From Nitrospirales bacterium (lineage in GTDB: Bacteria; Nitrospirota; Nitrospiria; Nitrospirales; UBA8639), in contig OY820905.2 of assembly GCA_963555755.3 (NCBI GenBank), positions 608,001-672,000 of the forward strand: a stretch of DNA of 64,000 bases, written 5' to 3'. The notes beneath the pieces were generated by a model, which did no database searches, was not told the origin of the DNA, and worked only from the letters and a program-made list of their open reading frames with translations. This document shows positions 1-10,485 of the stretch, piece by piece. A program made the translations under genes and the position numbers. Numbering within the stretch: the first letter of the stretch is position 1; every line of letters begins with the position of its first letter.

Positions 1-1270
1 GGGTTTGAACAATAAATTCAATGTCACGAATACCACCGGGACTCAATTTGACGTTACGATCATCATCTCCTTTTCGCTTCACTTTTTGATGAATTTGGGT
101 CCTCAGCGAGCGGACAGCATCCACAATATTTTGCACGGCCTGTTCTTCTTGCCCGATCACAAATGGACGAATCTTTCGAAGGAAGGATTTTCCGATCGAA
201 AGTTCTCCAGCAATGGCTCGTGCTTTTAAAAAGGCCAGCCGCTCCCAAGCTCGCCCACGAGTCTGATAATAATTTACGGCTTCGCTGATTGTCCAGGCGA
301 GTGGACCGATGGTCCCTTCAGGTCGCAAACGTAAGTCCACCCGAAACAAAAAACCTTCTGATGTTGAGACAGACATCACCTGCGTCAGCGTTCTAGCCAA
401 ATTTTGGAAATAATCTTCGTTGGAAAGGCGCGTCTGACCTTCCCCCGCATTTGTGTGGCCTGGACTGGACTCATACACGTAGACCAGATCGACATCAGAA
501 CTATAGTTGAGTTCACCTCCCCCGAGTTTTCCCATACCAAGCACGACAAATCCTGTCTTCTGTTCTTGTCCTTTTGAATCCGTATGATGGGGGCTTCCAT
601 GTTGTCTCTGGAGATCTTCGTTCACCAGCTGATACGCCGCATGAATTACGGTTTCAGCTAATTGAGAAAGGGCATGAAAGGTGTCTTGAACCGTCGCGAC
701 ACGAAACAGGTCACGAGCGCCAAGGCGAAGCATTTCTCGACGATGAAACCGTCGAAGGATGTCCAACTTGCGTTCATACGTTTTGACGAGACTTAGAGAT
801 TCGTATAAGAGCACGTGAAGACGTTTTTTTGTGGGTCGTCTTTGGAGAATGCGTTCGTCCTCTAGCCAATAGATCACTGTCGGGGACCGGATCAAGGTTT
901 CAGCCATGGCCGGACTGCTCCCAAATAACACACAGAGCAATTCTAAGAGATGAGGTGTTTGGCCCAAAAAGCTAAAGACCTGCGTCCGGGCATTGCCGGC
1001 TTCCAGAAACCGTTCCCAATCATTTAACGCCTGATCAGGGTCAGCAGTGTGTGAAACGGCTTCCAATAATTGATGAAGAATCGGTGCGAGTAATTTGCGG
1101 CTTCGTGGGAGCCCAGCCATCAATTGCAAATTGGCATCCGCCTTCCTCCAATCATTAAATCCATAGGGGGCTAAGAGGCGAGAAACTTCGGTCCCAGGCA
1201 AATCCGGTGACAGAAGAAGAGGAGTAGGATCAAGAGGAGTTGTCGTCAATGATGAATCAGAAGATGTCAT
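1..1270 (-). CDS. glnE: GlnE-family glutamine synthetase adenylyltransferase/removase (runs off window edge; visible domain is removase-like)
   Basis: Not in ORF track; hand translation from ATG 1270 is open to base 1 and gives GMGKLGGGELNYSSDVDLVY, FRVDLRLRPEG, RGRAWER, NVKLSPGGIRDIEFIVQ. Confidence 0.85.
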   Translation of the reverse strand, partial: MTSSDSSLTTTPLDPTPLLLSPDLPGTEVSRLLAPYGFNDWRKADANLQLMAGLPRSRKLLAPILHQLLEAVSHTADPDQALNDWERFLEAGNARTQVFSFLGQTPHLLELLCVLFGSSPAMAETLIRSPTVIYWLEDERILQRRPTKKRLHVLLYESLSLVKTYERKLDILRRFHRREMLRLGARDLFRVATVQDTFHALSQLAETVIHAAYQLVNEDLQRQHGSPHHTDSKGQEQKTGFVVLGMGKLGGGELNYSSDVDLVYVYESSPGHTNAGEGQTRLSNEDYFQNLARTLTQVMSVSTSEGFLFRVDLRLRPEGTIGPLAWTISEAVNYYQTRGRAWERLAFLKARAIAGELSIGKSFLRKIRPFVIGQEEQAVQNIVDAVRSLRTQIHQKVKRKGDDDRNVKLSPGGIRDIEFIVQT

Positions 1271-1350
1271 AACAGGAATAGCGGTACACAAATTTCGATT
1301 ATAGAAGGCTGGTCGAGGCCTTACAATGCCTACAATTTTTAGTATACTCC

Positions 1351-3663
1351 ATGATCATGACCACCCTGCCCACACTCACAACCCTGCAGAAAGTCTTGCC
1401 AGGCGTTGCTCCCGACGTGATTCAGGATTTTCTTGATCGGATGGACCAAGATTATTTTTCCCATTTCCCCAAAACAACGGTGGCGAAACACATCCAGTTA
1501 GTCAATGACTTAACCCCCGATCAACCCTGCGCACTCAATGTACAACCAGGAAAAGATACATCTCAGTTTAAACTCACACTCGTGGCCTATGACTATTTTG
1601 CCGAATTCGCCATGGTGTGTGGGTTATTATCTGCCTATGGCTTGGACATTCGGGAGGCGTTCATTTTCACTTCTCACGAAAAAGGAACACCATCATTAAA
1701 CCCGGCACGCCACAACATCCGCCATCTGAAATCTCGTAATTTTTCTGTTCAACGTCCGACACAGCATCCCGGTTTATCAAGAAAAAAAGTGGTGGATGTG
1801 TTTCGTCTGCAAGTCCTCTCAGGATGCACATTCAATGCGCAAGACCAACAAGCCTTCACCCATGAATTGATCGAGATGGTTCAGATGTTGAATTCTCGCC
1901 ACGCACAAGTCGTTCGAACACGGGTCAATCGAAAATTATTGGAAACTCTTGGAAAAAGAAAAACCTCGTTGACGAATTTGGTGCATCCGGTGGAGATTCA
2001 ATTCAATAATTCGATTTCTTCCCAAGACACTGTCATGGATATTCGAGCCACCGACTCACCTGCTTTCCTGTATGCCTTTTCCAATGCTCTCACCATGAGG
2101 GGTATCTATTTAACCAAGGCCATAATAGAAGTCGATGGCACAAGAGTCCGGAATCGGTTTTTCGTCAGAAGCCGACAGGGTCAAAAAATTGTGACGGCCG
2201 ATGCACAACAAGAACTGATGGTGGCTGCGGCCCTTATCAAAGAATTCACTCACTTTTTAACCTGGGCTCCGGATCCGACCAAGGCCCTTGATCATTTCGA
2301 TCAATTTCTGGACCAGCTACTGGAAGATCACCCCACCAAGAAAAAATTTACTTGGTTGACCCGGAAAGACTCCTTAGCCAATCTCGCCCAATTATTCGGG
2401 ACCAGTGATTTTTTGTGGGAAGACCTTCTCAGACGACAACACACAAATTTGCTCCCCATTTTCGAAGAATTTCACACACAAAGTGAACATCCTTCAAAAG
2501 AACAATTGATAGAAACGTTACGAGCAAGACTTGGGAAAACAAAAAACCCTGAAACTCGAAAAGCCATTCTGAATCAATTCAAGGACGAAGAGCTGTTCCG
2601 CATCGACATGAACCATATTCTTAAGAGTACCTCTCTCCCGATATTTTCCCAGGCCCTGACCACCTTAGCTGAAGTGATCCTGGACCAAGCGTTACTAGAG
2701 GCACAGTCGGTAGTCAATCAATCCCGTAAACCTCCAACAACCAAAAATAATCAATCCCTGCCAGTGACCATCTGTGGATTGGGAAAACTCGGGGGTCGCG
2801 AATTGGGGTACGCCTCGGATATAGAGATTGTGTTTATTTATGATATGGATCCCCACACTCCTCCACACCAACGCCCGATCATTGGAGAATACTACGAACG
2901 ACTGGTACAGGAATTTTTGCATTGGATCGAAGCCAAGCAGGAAGGTATTTTTCAAATTGATACTCGGCTTCGCCCACATGGAGAAAAAGGGCTCCTCGCA
3001 AATTCAATGGAAGAAATTCAACGCTATTACCATGTGGACGGCAGGGCTGTACCCTTCGAGCGTCAAGCCTGGATAAAACTTCGACACGTGGCCGGAGACG
3101 AAAATCTAGGCCATCACGTTGAAGGCCATCGAGATGAATTTGTGTACAGTTCAGAACCCTGGGCTCTCGATACAGCCCTACACTTACGACACCGACAGAT
3201 CCGTGAGCTTGTTCCCCATGGTTCGATTCATGTGAAATATAGCCCAGGAGGGTTAATCGACATTGAATACACCACGCAATACATCCAATTAACACATGGA
3301 AATCACAAACCAACCATACGCACAACCAATACGCTAGAGGCACTCAAATCATTAGAAACCACCAAGCATTTATCAAAGAAGGAATCCAAGGCCTTACAAG
3401 AAGATTATGTTTTTATGCGAAAAGTCATTGATGGCCTTCGTATCGTCCGAGGTAATGCCAAGGATTTAGTTCTGCCAAAGTCCGGCTCAGAGGATATGAT
3501 CTACCTGGCAAGGAGACTCGGGTATCTCACCAAAGTCTGGCAGGAAGGTGCCAAGGTTTTTGAACAAGACATTCAAAAACGGATGGATCGGGTGCATAAG
3601 CTGTTCACTAAACAATTTCCTCAATCCCCCTTAAAAAGAAAAATATCCTCCAAAAGGGTATAG
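1351..3663 (+). CDS. GlnE-type nucleotidyltransferase domain fused to two N-terminal ACT-like domains
   Basis: GLGKLGGRELGYASDIE, IDTRLRPHG, VKYSPGGLIDIEY; N-terminal segments (LVAYDYFAEFAMVCGLLSAYGLDI; IRATDSPAFLYAFSNAL) resemble GlnD-type ACT domains. Confidence 0.8.
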   Translation: MIMTTLPTLTTLQKVLPGVAPDVIQDFLDRMDQDYFSHFPKTTVAKHIQLVNDLTPDQPCALNVQPGKDTSQFKLTLVAYDYFAEFAMVCGLLSAYGLDIREAFIFTSHEKGTPSLNPARHNIRHLKSRNFSVQRPTQHPGLSRKKVVDVFRLQVLSGCTFNAQDQQAFTHELIEMVQMLNSRHAQVVRTRVNRKLLETLGKRKTSLTNLVHPVEIQFNNSISSQDTVMDIRATDSPAFLYAFSNALTMRGIYLTKAIIEVDGTRVRNRFFVRSRQGQKIVTADAQQELMVAAALIKEFTHFLTWAPDPTKALDHFDQFLDQLLEDHPTKKKFTWLTRKDSLANLAQLFGTSDFLWEDLLRRQHTNLLPIFEEFHTQSEHPSKEQLIETLRARLGKTKNPETRKAILNQFKDEELFRIDMNHILKSTSLPIFSQALTTLAEVILDQALLEAQSVVNQSRKPPTTKNNQSLPVTICGLGKLGGRELGYASDIEIVFIYDMDPHTPPHQRPIIGEYYERLVQEFLHWIEAKQEGIFQIDTRLRPHGEKGLLANSMEEIQRYYHVDGRAVPFERQAWIKLRHVAGDENLGHHVEGHRDEFVYSSEPWALDTALHLRHRQIRELVPHGSIHVKYSPGGLIDIEYTTQYIQLTHGNHKPTIRTTNTLEALKSLETTKHLSKKESKALQEDYVFMRKVIDGLRIVRGNAKDLVLPKSGSEDMIYLARRLGYLTKVWQEGAKVFEQDIQKRMDRVHKLFTKQFPQSPLKRKISSKRV

Positions 3664-3691
3664 GAGCCTGACCAAGTTTAGCGAAGAAACG

Positions 3692-3731
3692 AAAAGGCCC
3701 GTTCCTACTACTCAGCAGGAACGAGCCTTTT
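3692..3731. terminator. Bidirectional intrinsic terminator
   Basis: aaaaggcccgttcct...aggaacgagcctttt hairpin between convergent genes. Confidence 0.75.
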
Positions 3732-3754
3732 GACGTTTCGAGGCTTACGGTAGA

Positions 3755-5164
3755 CTACACATCATAGTACATGACAAATTCGTGCGGATGCGGTCGAATT
3801 CGTACTTGATCCACCTCATTATCCCGTTTGTAACCAATCCAAGCTTGCACCAAGTCTTCACTGAAGACTCCACCTTTTAACAGGAATTGATAATCGTTTT
3901 CCAAGTTACTCAAGGCCTCGTCCAAACTCGCCGGCATCGTCGGAATATTTCCTGCTTCTTCTGGAGCTAAATCATAGAGATTTTTGTCCATGGCTTCTCC
4001 AGGATCGATTTTATTTTGCACACCGTCAAGTCCGGCCATTAACATGGCGCTGAAGGCCAAATAACAATTCGCGGCGGGGTCTGGAAACCGCACCTCGATC
4101 CGTTTGGCTTTGGGGTTGGGAGAATACATGGGAATGCGAATTCCCGCCGATCGGTTTCGACTGGAATAGGCCAATAACACCGGAGCCTCAAAGCCTGGCG
4201 TTAATCGTTTATAGGAATTGGTCGTAGGATTGGTAAAGGCCGCCAAAGCTGGACTATGCTTGAGAATGCCTCCGATATAATGCAAGCACATCTTGGAGAC
4301 ACCAGCATATTCTTTCCCAGCAAACAGAGGTTTCTTATCCTTCCAAATACTTTGGTGCGTATGCATGCCCGTGCCATTGTCCTGAAATAATGGTTTCGGC
4401 ATAAACGTCGCGGTTTTGTTATGTCGCCGGGCCACATTTTTCACAATGTATTTATACAGCATCATTTTATCGGCCATACTGACCAATGTATCAAAACGAA
4501 GATCAATTTCTGCTTGTCCGGCAGTTGCCACTTCATGGTGATGTTTTTCAACATGCATGCCGGCCTTTTCCATTTCCCGAACCATTTCTGAACGAATGTC
4601 TTGCTGGGTATCCATTGGCGGAACAGGAAAATACCCTTCCTTATGTCGTGGGCGAGCGCCAAGGTTTTGACCTTCTTGACCAGAGTTCCAAATGCCTTCA
4701 TCGGAATCAATAAAATAGTACCCTGAATGACTGTTTTGATCGTAACTCGCATGATCAAAAACAAAGAACTCCGCTTCCGGTCCCCAAAAAGACACATCTC
4801 CAATTTTGGTGCCCTTTAAATATTGCTCAGCCCGCAGGGCAACACCTCGAGGGTCTCGTTCATAGCCACCACGAGAAATGGGATCTTGGACATTGCAGAT
4901 CATAGTCAGCGTCGGAATTTCCGTAAATGCATCCATTTTGGCTGTATTGGGATCCGGTACAACCAGCATGTCACTATTCTCAATCATCTTCCAACCACGG
5001 ATTGATGATCCATCAAACCCGGACCCATCCTTAAATAAATCCAAGTTGAGTTCAGACGTGGGAATGGAAAAATGCTGCCAGGTTCCAACCAAATCCACAA
5101 ACCTCAAGTCGACCATTTCGACTTTGTTCTTTTTTGCAAAATCCAAAACCTCACGGGCTGTCAT
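3755..5164 (-). CDS. glnA: Glutamine synthetase type I
   Basis: FDGSSI, HHHEVATAGQ, TFMPKP, RIEVRFPDP motifs; adenylylation-site Tyr in KNLYDL. Confidence 0.98.
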   Translation of the reverse strand: MTAREVLDFAKKNKVEMVDLRFVDLVGTWQHFSIPTSELNLDLFKDGSGFDGSSIRGWKMIENSDMLVVPDPNTAKMDAFTEIPTLTMICNVQDPISRGGYERDPRGVALRAEQYLKGTKIGDVSFWGPEAEFFVFDHASYDQNSHSGYYFIDSDEGIWNSGQEGQNLGARPRHKEGYFPVPPMDTQQDIRSEMVREMEKAGMHVEKHHHEVATAGQAEIDLRFDTLVSMADKMMLYKYIVKNVARRHNKTATFMPKPLFQDNGTGMHTHQSIWKDKKPLFAGKEYAGVSKMCLHYIGGILKHSPALAAFTNPTTNSYKRLTPGFEAPVLLAYSSRNRSAGIRIPMYSPNPKAKRIEVRFPDPAANCYLAFSAMLMAGLDGVQNKIDPGEAMDKNLYDLAPEEAGNIPTMPASLDEALSNLENDYQFLLKGGVFSEDLVQAWIGYKRDNEVDQVRIRPHPHEFVMYYDV

Positions 5165-5222
5165 TCTCTACCTCCTTCACAAAGATAAATTGAAGATCTT
5201 CGATACACTCCAGATCTATTGA

Positions 5223-5379
5223 GGGCTCGCGCAAAAATAACTTCCCATATTTGGGCGTCGACCCATCCCGCCTGTCGGCGTGGCTCGTCCTTTCAATCTG
5301 AGGAGCATGCGCAGTCCTCAAGCCCTGCCAGACAGGTGTCTCAGCACCCAAACATGAAAAATTATTCTTGCGCGAGCCC
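5223..5379. mobile_element. MITE family B, copy 1
   Basis: TIR gggctcgcgcaa(a/g)aataa; similar copies at 20969 and 63337. Confidence 0.8.
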
Positions 5380-5428
5380 TTAGGTTTCCTGCAATTGCAC
5401 CATATCGCAACACGGAGACAGCCGGTGA

Positions 5429-6772
5429 TTATGAATATGCGCTCTCATTATGCTGACTGAGATCCAATCCAACCTGTTCATCCTCGGCCGAAACCCGAAG
5501 TCCAATGGTTATATCGACAACTTTCAGAATGATAAACGTCCCGACCACCACAAAAATTATGGTGGCTACAGCCCCAACCAATTGGATGATAAACTGTCCA
5601 GGGTTGCCGAAGAATAAACCTTGGGCCCCAATCGAAGCAAATAATCCGACGGCGAGAATGCCCATGAATCCACCAACCCCGTGTATACCCACGACATCAA
5701 GCGAGTCATCGTACCCAAGTTTGACTTTCCGCACCACAGCCAAATAGCACACACTGCCCGCGACGAGCCCAATAAACAAGGCGGATAGAGGGCCCACAAA
5801 CCCAGCACACGGGGTAATAGTGGCTAATCCAGCAATGATTCCACTCGCAACACCAAGCGTGGTGGGTTTTCCTCTATGAAACCATTCTGCGACCATCCAA
5901 CTGAAAGCACCAGCGCAAGCGGCAAGATGTGTCGCGATAAAAGCGGCGGCGGCGATCCCATCTGCCGCCAACGCGCTGCCCGCGTTGAAGCCAAACCAAC
6001 CGAACCACAATAATCCGGCTCCTAAAACAGTCATCGGCAGATTACCGGGGGGCATCGGTTCCACCCCATACCCCTTCCTCTTACCAAGAACAATGGCACA
6101 AACCAGCGCGGCAAATCCGCAACTCATATGGACGACAGCGCCTCCAGCAAAATCCAAGACCCCATTTCCCTTCCACGCATCATTCATCCAACCCATATCG
6201 CTCATCCAGCCACCACCCCAGATCCAATGAGCCAACGGGGAATAGATAAAGGTCGACCACAGAACGGCGAAAGCCAACAAAGCTGTAAATTTCATCCGCT
6301 CAGCAAAGCTACCGGTAATCAAGGCCACTGTAATCGCAGCAAACATTAATTGAAAAAACATGAACGCCTGGTGTGGCACCGTCGAGGCATAGTCTGGACT
6401 TGGAGTCAGGCCTACACCATTCAGACCCACCCAGTCTAATCCCCCGATCACCGACCCCACGTCCGGGGCAAAGGCTAGCGAGTAGCCCCAAAGGACCCAC
6501 ACAATGCTAATGACGCAAAGAATAATAGCGGAATGCATGAGCGTGCCCAGGACATTCTTAGTCCGAACAAGCCCGCCGTAGAAAAGGGCCAGACCAGGGA
6601 GTGTCATGCACATCACCAGCGCCGAAGACATCAGAATCCATGCCGTATCTCCGGAATCAATGGTTGGTCCTCCACCCGAGGTCCCCTCCTGGGCCCATCC
6701 GGTTGATACACAAAACCCTTGCAAAACTGCCAGTGTCAGCATCAAAATTCTGTACTGTGTGGATCGCATCAC
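5429..6772 (-). CDS. amtB: Ammonium transporter
   Basis: DFAGGAVVH, WFGWFGFNAGS, DDSLDVVGIHG; signal peptide. Confidence 0.97.
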   Translation of the reverse strand: MMRSTQYRILMLTLAVLQGFCVSTGWAQEGTSGGGPTIDSGDTAWILMSSALVMCMTLPGLALFYGGLVRTKNVLGTLMHSAIILCVISIVWVLWGYSLAFAPDVGSVIGGLDWVGLNGVGLTPSPDYASTVPHQAFMFFQLMFAAITVALITGSFAERMKFTALLAFAVLWSTFIYSPLAHWIWGGGWMSDMGWMNDAWKGNGVLDFAGGAVVHMSCGFAALVCAIVLGKRKGYGVEPMPPGNLPMTVLGAGLLWFGWFGFNAGSALAADGIAAAAFIATHLAACAGAFSWMVAEWFHRGKPTTLGVASGIIAGLATITPCAGFVGPLSALFIGLVAGSVCYLAVVRKVKLGYDDSLDVVGIHGVGGFMGILAVGLFASIGAQGLFFGNPGQFIIQLVGAVATIIFVVVGTFIILKVVDITIGLRVSAEDEQVGLDLSQHNESAYS

Positions 6773-6847
6773 AAGATTACCTCAGGTTAAAGTGAATAGC
6801 TCTCGATGGCCCATCTGGCAATCGAGCCAACCCTTTTTCAGTCCTAA

Positions 6848-7219
<372 letters not shown>

Positions 7220-7296
7220 CTAAAGGATCTGCGACTCTCTATCAGGTATCACAGATCCCTTAATCAACCACATTAGCAGGCAAAAGTGCTCAATAT

Positions 7297-8634
7297 TTAT
7301 GAATACGCCCGTTCGTTGTGTTGGCTGAGATCGAGTCCAAGGACCTCTTCATCTTTGGTCACGCGAAGGCCGATGGTCATATCAAGGACCTTTAAAATAA
7401 TAAACGTACCAACAAAAGAAAATACCCAGGTTGCTCCAACGCCAATGGCTTGAATCGCGACCTGACCAGGATTCCCGAAAAACAACCCGGTTGCCCCACC
7501 GACACTGGCAAAGAGACCGGTCGCAATCGCGCCCCAAGAACCACCAATCCCATGAATCGCAAGAACATCCAGGGCATCATCAAACCCAAGTTTACTTTTC
7601 CACAGAACCGCTGCATAACAAAACGCCCCGGCGCCTACACCAATCACAATGGCAGATATAGGCCCAACAAAACCCGCGGCAGGAGTGATGGCCACCAACC
7701 CTGTGACGGCTCCACTGGCTGCTCCAAGAGCGGTGGGTTTGCCCCGATACGCCCATTCCACAACGAGCCAAGACAACGCCCCTGCTGCCGTCGCCACATG
7801 AGTGGCCACAAACGCACCCGCGGCGATTCCATCTGCCGCTAACGCGCTGCCTGCATTGAAGCCAAACCATCCAACCCACAGGAGCGACGCGCCAATCAAC
7901 GTGAAGGGAAGATTATGGGGGGCCATCTTCTCCGTACCATATCCATGACGTGTTCCGAGTACCAGTGCCGCCGCTAAGGCCGCCACGCCAGAACTAATAT
8001 GGACTACCGTTCCCCCAGCGAAATCCAAGGTTCCTTTTCCCTTCCAAGCATCCCTCATCCAACCCATATCGCTCATCCATCCCCCGCCCCATACCCAATG
8101 CGCTAAGGGGGAATAGATAAAGGTTGCCCAGAGTATCGCAAACAAGATAAACGCACCAAAATTCATTCGCTCAGCAATCGCACCGCTAATCAGAGCGACG
8201 GTGATCCCAGCAAACATGAGCTGAAACACCATAAAAGCCAAGTGGGGAATAGCTGTGCCGGAGAACGCCTCAGCCCCTACGCCACGGAGGCCTAAGAATT
8301 CAAAACTTCCGATTATTCCACTGATATCGGAGCCAAACGCAATCGTATATCCCCAAAGCACCCAGACAATACTCACCACACACACAGCGATAAAGCTATG
8401 CATCATGGTGCTGAGTACATTCTTATTCCGGACCATTCCCCCGTAAAATAACGCCAAACCGGGAATAGTCATGAGCAGCACTAACGCCGAGGCCGTAAGA
8501 ACCCAACTGGTATCACCCGCACTAATCGCCGCGGCTTCCCCAGACTCCTCACCAAACACTGGGGCAGCAAATGATAAAAGTAAAAACACTGAAATTAAAA
8601 ACAAGAGATACTTATATGTACTTTTTTTATTCAT
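7297..8634 (-). CDS. amtB: Ammonium transporter (second paralog)
   Basis: DFAGGTVVH, WVGWFGFNAGS, DDALDVLAIHG. Confidence 0.97.
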   Translation of the reverse strand: MNKKSTYKYLLFLISVFLLLSFAAPVFGEESGEAAAISAGDTSWVLTASALVLLMTIPGLALFYGGMVRNKNVLSTMMHSFIAVCVVSIVWVLWGYTIAFGSDISGIIGSFEFLGLRGVGAEAFSGTAIPHLAFMVFQLMFAGITVALISGAIAERMNFGAFILFAILWATFIYSPLAHWVWGGGWMSDMGWMRDAWKGKGTLDFAGGTVVHISSGVAALAAALVLGTRHGYGTEKMAPHNLPFTLIGASLLWVGWFGFNAGSALAADGIAAGAFVATHVATAAGALSWLVVEWAYRGKPTALGAASGAVTGLVAITPAAGFVGPISAIVIGVGAGAFCYAAVLWKSKLGFDDALDVLAIHGIGGSWGAIATGLFASVGGATGLFFGNPGQVAIQAIGVGATWVFSFVGTFIILKVLDMTIGLRVTKDEEVLGLDLSQHNERAYS

Positions 8635-8672
8635 TGTTATTGTCTCCCTCGCAACTTTTTTATGAAACTTCC

Positions 8673-9914
8673 CTAAAAGAGGAAGATCCCTTCAACCGCT
8701 AAGGTTGATTGGTTGTCACTGAACCCGACACCGTCTTGAAAGGTCTTTTGGTCAGACTTATCGTACCGAAATTCTGCTCGAGTAATTAAATTGGGAACTG
8801 GTTTAAATTGCAATGTGTAGGTCATCTCCCAAAGAGTTTGGCCTCCCGGGATAGCTGCATCGCTACCTGCATCGATAGCTGCATCGATAGCTGCACCAGA
8901 ACAAACAAGGGCATTGCCTAAAGGTGGCCCCCCGGCGCAACTTTGGGTGCCAGCTGCATCATCAAAAATTTCTGCACGTACTCGGGCACCCCATTGATCT
9001 GTAAAGTCATAGATAAAGTAACCAGCGACTCCACCCCAACGAGCCATAGTTGTTGCTGCGCCACCAGGATTGGCCTGGTTACCATAGTAAGCTTCAATAA
9101 CAACTTCTGCTTTATCCGTGACTTGGACATCTAAAATTCCGCCAAATAAGAGACGTTCAGAATTCGGTATATTTCGTGGACCTTCAGGTCCCCAGAAACC
9201 AAATAAAGAAACTCCCACATTATCCATAGGTGAAATGGAAAGAAGGGCTTCGATGGATTTGCTACTATTAAGATCAACCTGGGTACCTGTAAAAGAGTTA
9301 ATAACGCTAGCTGCAAAGGATACATAATCATTAAAGTCGTACGATCCTCGAAGACCAGTTACCGTGAAGGGTTCTCCCATTCCAAACATAAATGACCGGG
9401 AAAAATTTGGATTCACATAACTTTCAATCACCTCATATCCAACAAGGGTGTTCATTCGTCCTGCTTGAATAGTCAAACCATTTCCAATTGGGGCAATAAA
9501 TTGTACATATGCTTCCTGAAAATCAAAATCATCGGCTCCGGATCCCCCTGAAAATTTTGCATCCTCACCGAAATTTAACTTAAGCCGAAACCCCGCGCGA
9601 TCCTCCAGGCTTCCATCTCCATTTGCCCCCTTTTCGAAAACCAGTTGAGCATTATTGGGTCTGAAAGAATTTGAGTCTCCATCAAAACTCCTCATGTTAT
9701 TGATACCCGTACTAGGATTATTGAAGTTCTGAGTATAAGATGTTGACACAAACCCATAAAGGGAAAGATCTAATTTTTTTGAAAGGGAATGTTCTTCTTC
9801 CCGAGCCATGGATTCCGAAACAAAGACAGGCAGGATCAACAGCACCATGGCCATGATCGTCACCACGAAAGGCGTAAATATTTTTTGTACACAAGGAAAA
9901 ATCTTCAAGGTCAT
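8673..9914 (-). CDS. Outer-membrane beta-barrel porin
   Basis: Signal peptide, amphipathic strands, RAEFRYD near the end, C-terminal Phe; first gene of the amt run. Confidence 0.8.
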   Translation of the reverse strand: MTLKIFPCVQKIFTPFVVTIMAMVLLILPVFVSESMAREEEHSLSKKLDLSLYGFVSTSYTQNFNNPSTGINNMRSFDGDSNSFRPNNAQLVFEKGANGDGSLEDRAGFRLKLNFGEDAKFSGGSGADDFDFQEAYVQFIAPIGNGLTIQAGRMNTLVGYEVIESYVNPNFSRSFMFGMGEPFTVTGLRGSYDFNDYVSFAASVINSFTGTQVDLNSSKSIEALLSISPMDNVGVSLFGFWGPEGPRNIPNSERLLFGGILDVQVTDKAEVVIEAYYGNQANPGGAATTMARWGGVAGYFIYDFTDQWGARVRAEIFDDAAGTQSCAGGPPLGNALVCSGAAIDAAIDAGSDAAIPGGQTLWEMTYTLQFKPVPNLITRAEFRYDKSDQKTFQDGVGFSDNQSTLAVEGIFLF

Positions 9915-10118
9915 TGCTAGCTCCTTTCAAGAAAACATCGTGTTTTGATGGTTGTCATTCCACGTTTGCTTATCGACAACTCCGTCATGTTGCACTGCAT
10001 TGTGCAAAAAAATATATTTCAAACAAATGTATCCCCTCGGTTTAGTATCAAATACATACGGTGAATCCCTTAGCGATTTCGCCGCACATTAAACAGGATT
10101 TTTAACCGAAATCCAAGC

Positions 10119-10207
10119 AAAAAAAAGCCCTCAACCCTTGCTACAGACTGAGGACTACATCGTCCTAAATAGCTTTTGAAAACACACACCCAGACTTCAC
10201 CGTCCCA
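10119..10207 (-). promoter_or_regulatory. 5' leader attenuator: two hexaloop hairpins, the second overlapping an intrinsic terminator (ANTAR-like)
   Basis: Minus strand GGAC-GGTGAA-GTCT, then AGGAC-GATGTA-GTCCT, whose 3' arm starts terminator GTCCTCAGTCT...AGGGTTGAGGGC-T8. Confidence 0.65.
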
Positions 10208-10217
10208 GTATAAAACT

Positions 10218-10246
10218 TTTATAAACTGAAACGCTCTTGAAGTCAA
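10218..10246 (-). promoter_or_regulatory. sigma70-type promoter for the porin-amt operon
   Basis: TTGACT-17 bp-TATAAA on minus strand directly upstream of the leader. Confidence 0.7.
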
Positions 10247-10485
10247 GAAAAAATTCCTCGTTATGGAGAAAACCACGCCAAGGCGAATCCAGAGGTATTG
10301 GATTCTTAAAAACAGATCCCGGCTACATATTGTTCTATGTGTGACTTCTTCAATGTGGTACACCTATCTTTTCAAAATGGACCTTGGGATCCTGAGGCCA
10401 CCCTTGTTGCATCCTCAATCAATCCAAGGTCATTCAAAACGCATGGCGGTTTTAGTCATTGAACCAGGAATGATTTCGTTACACC

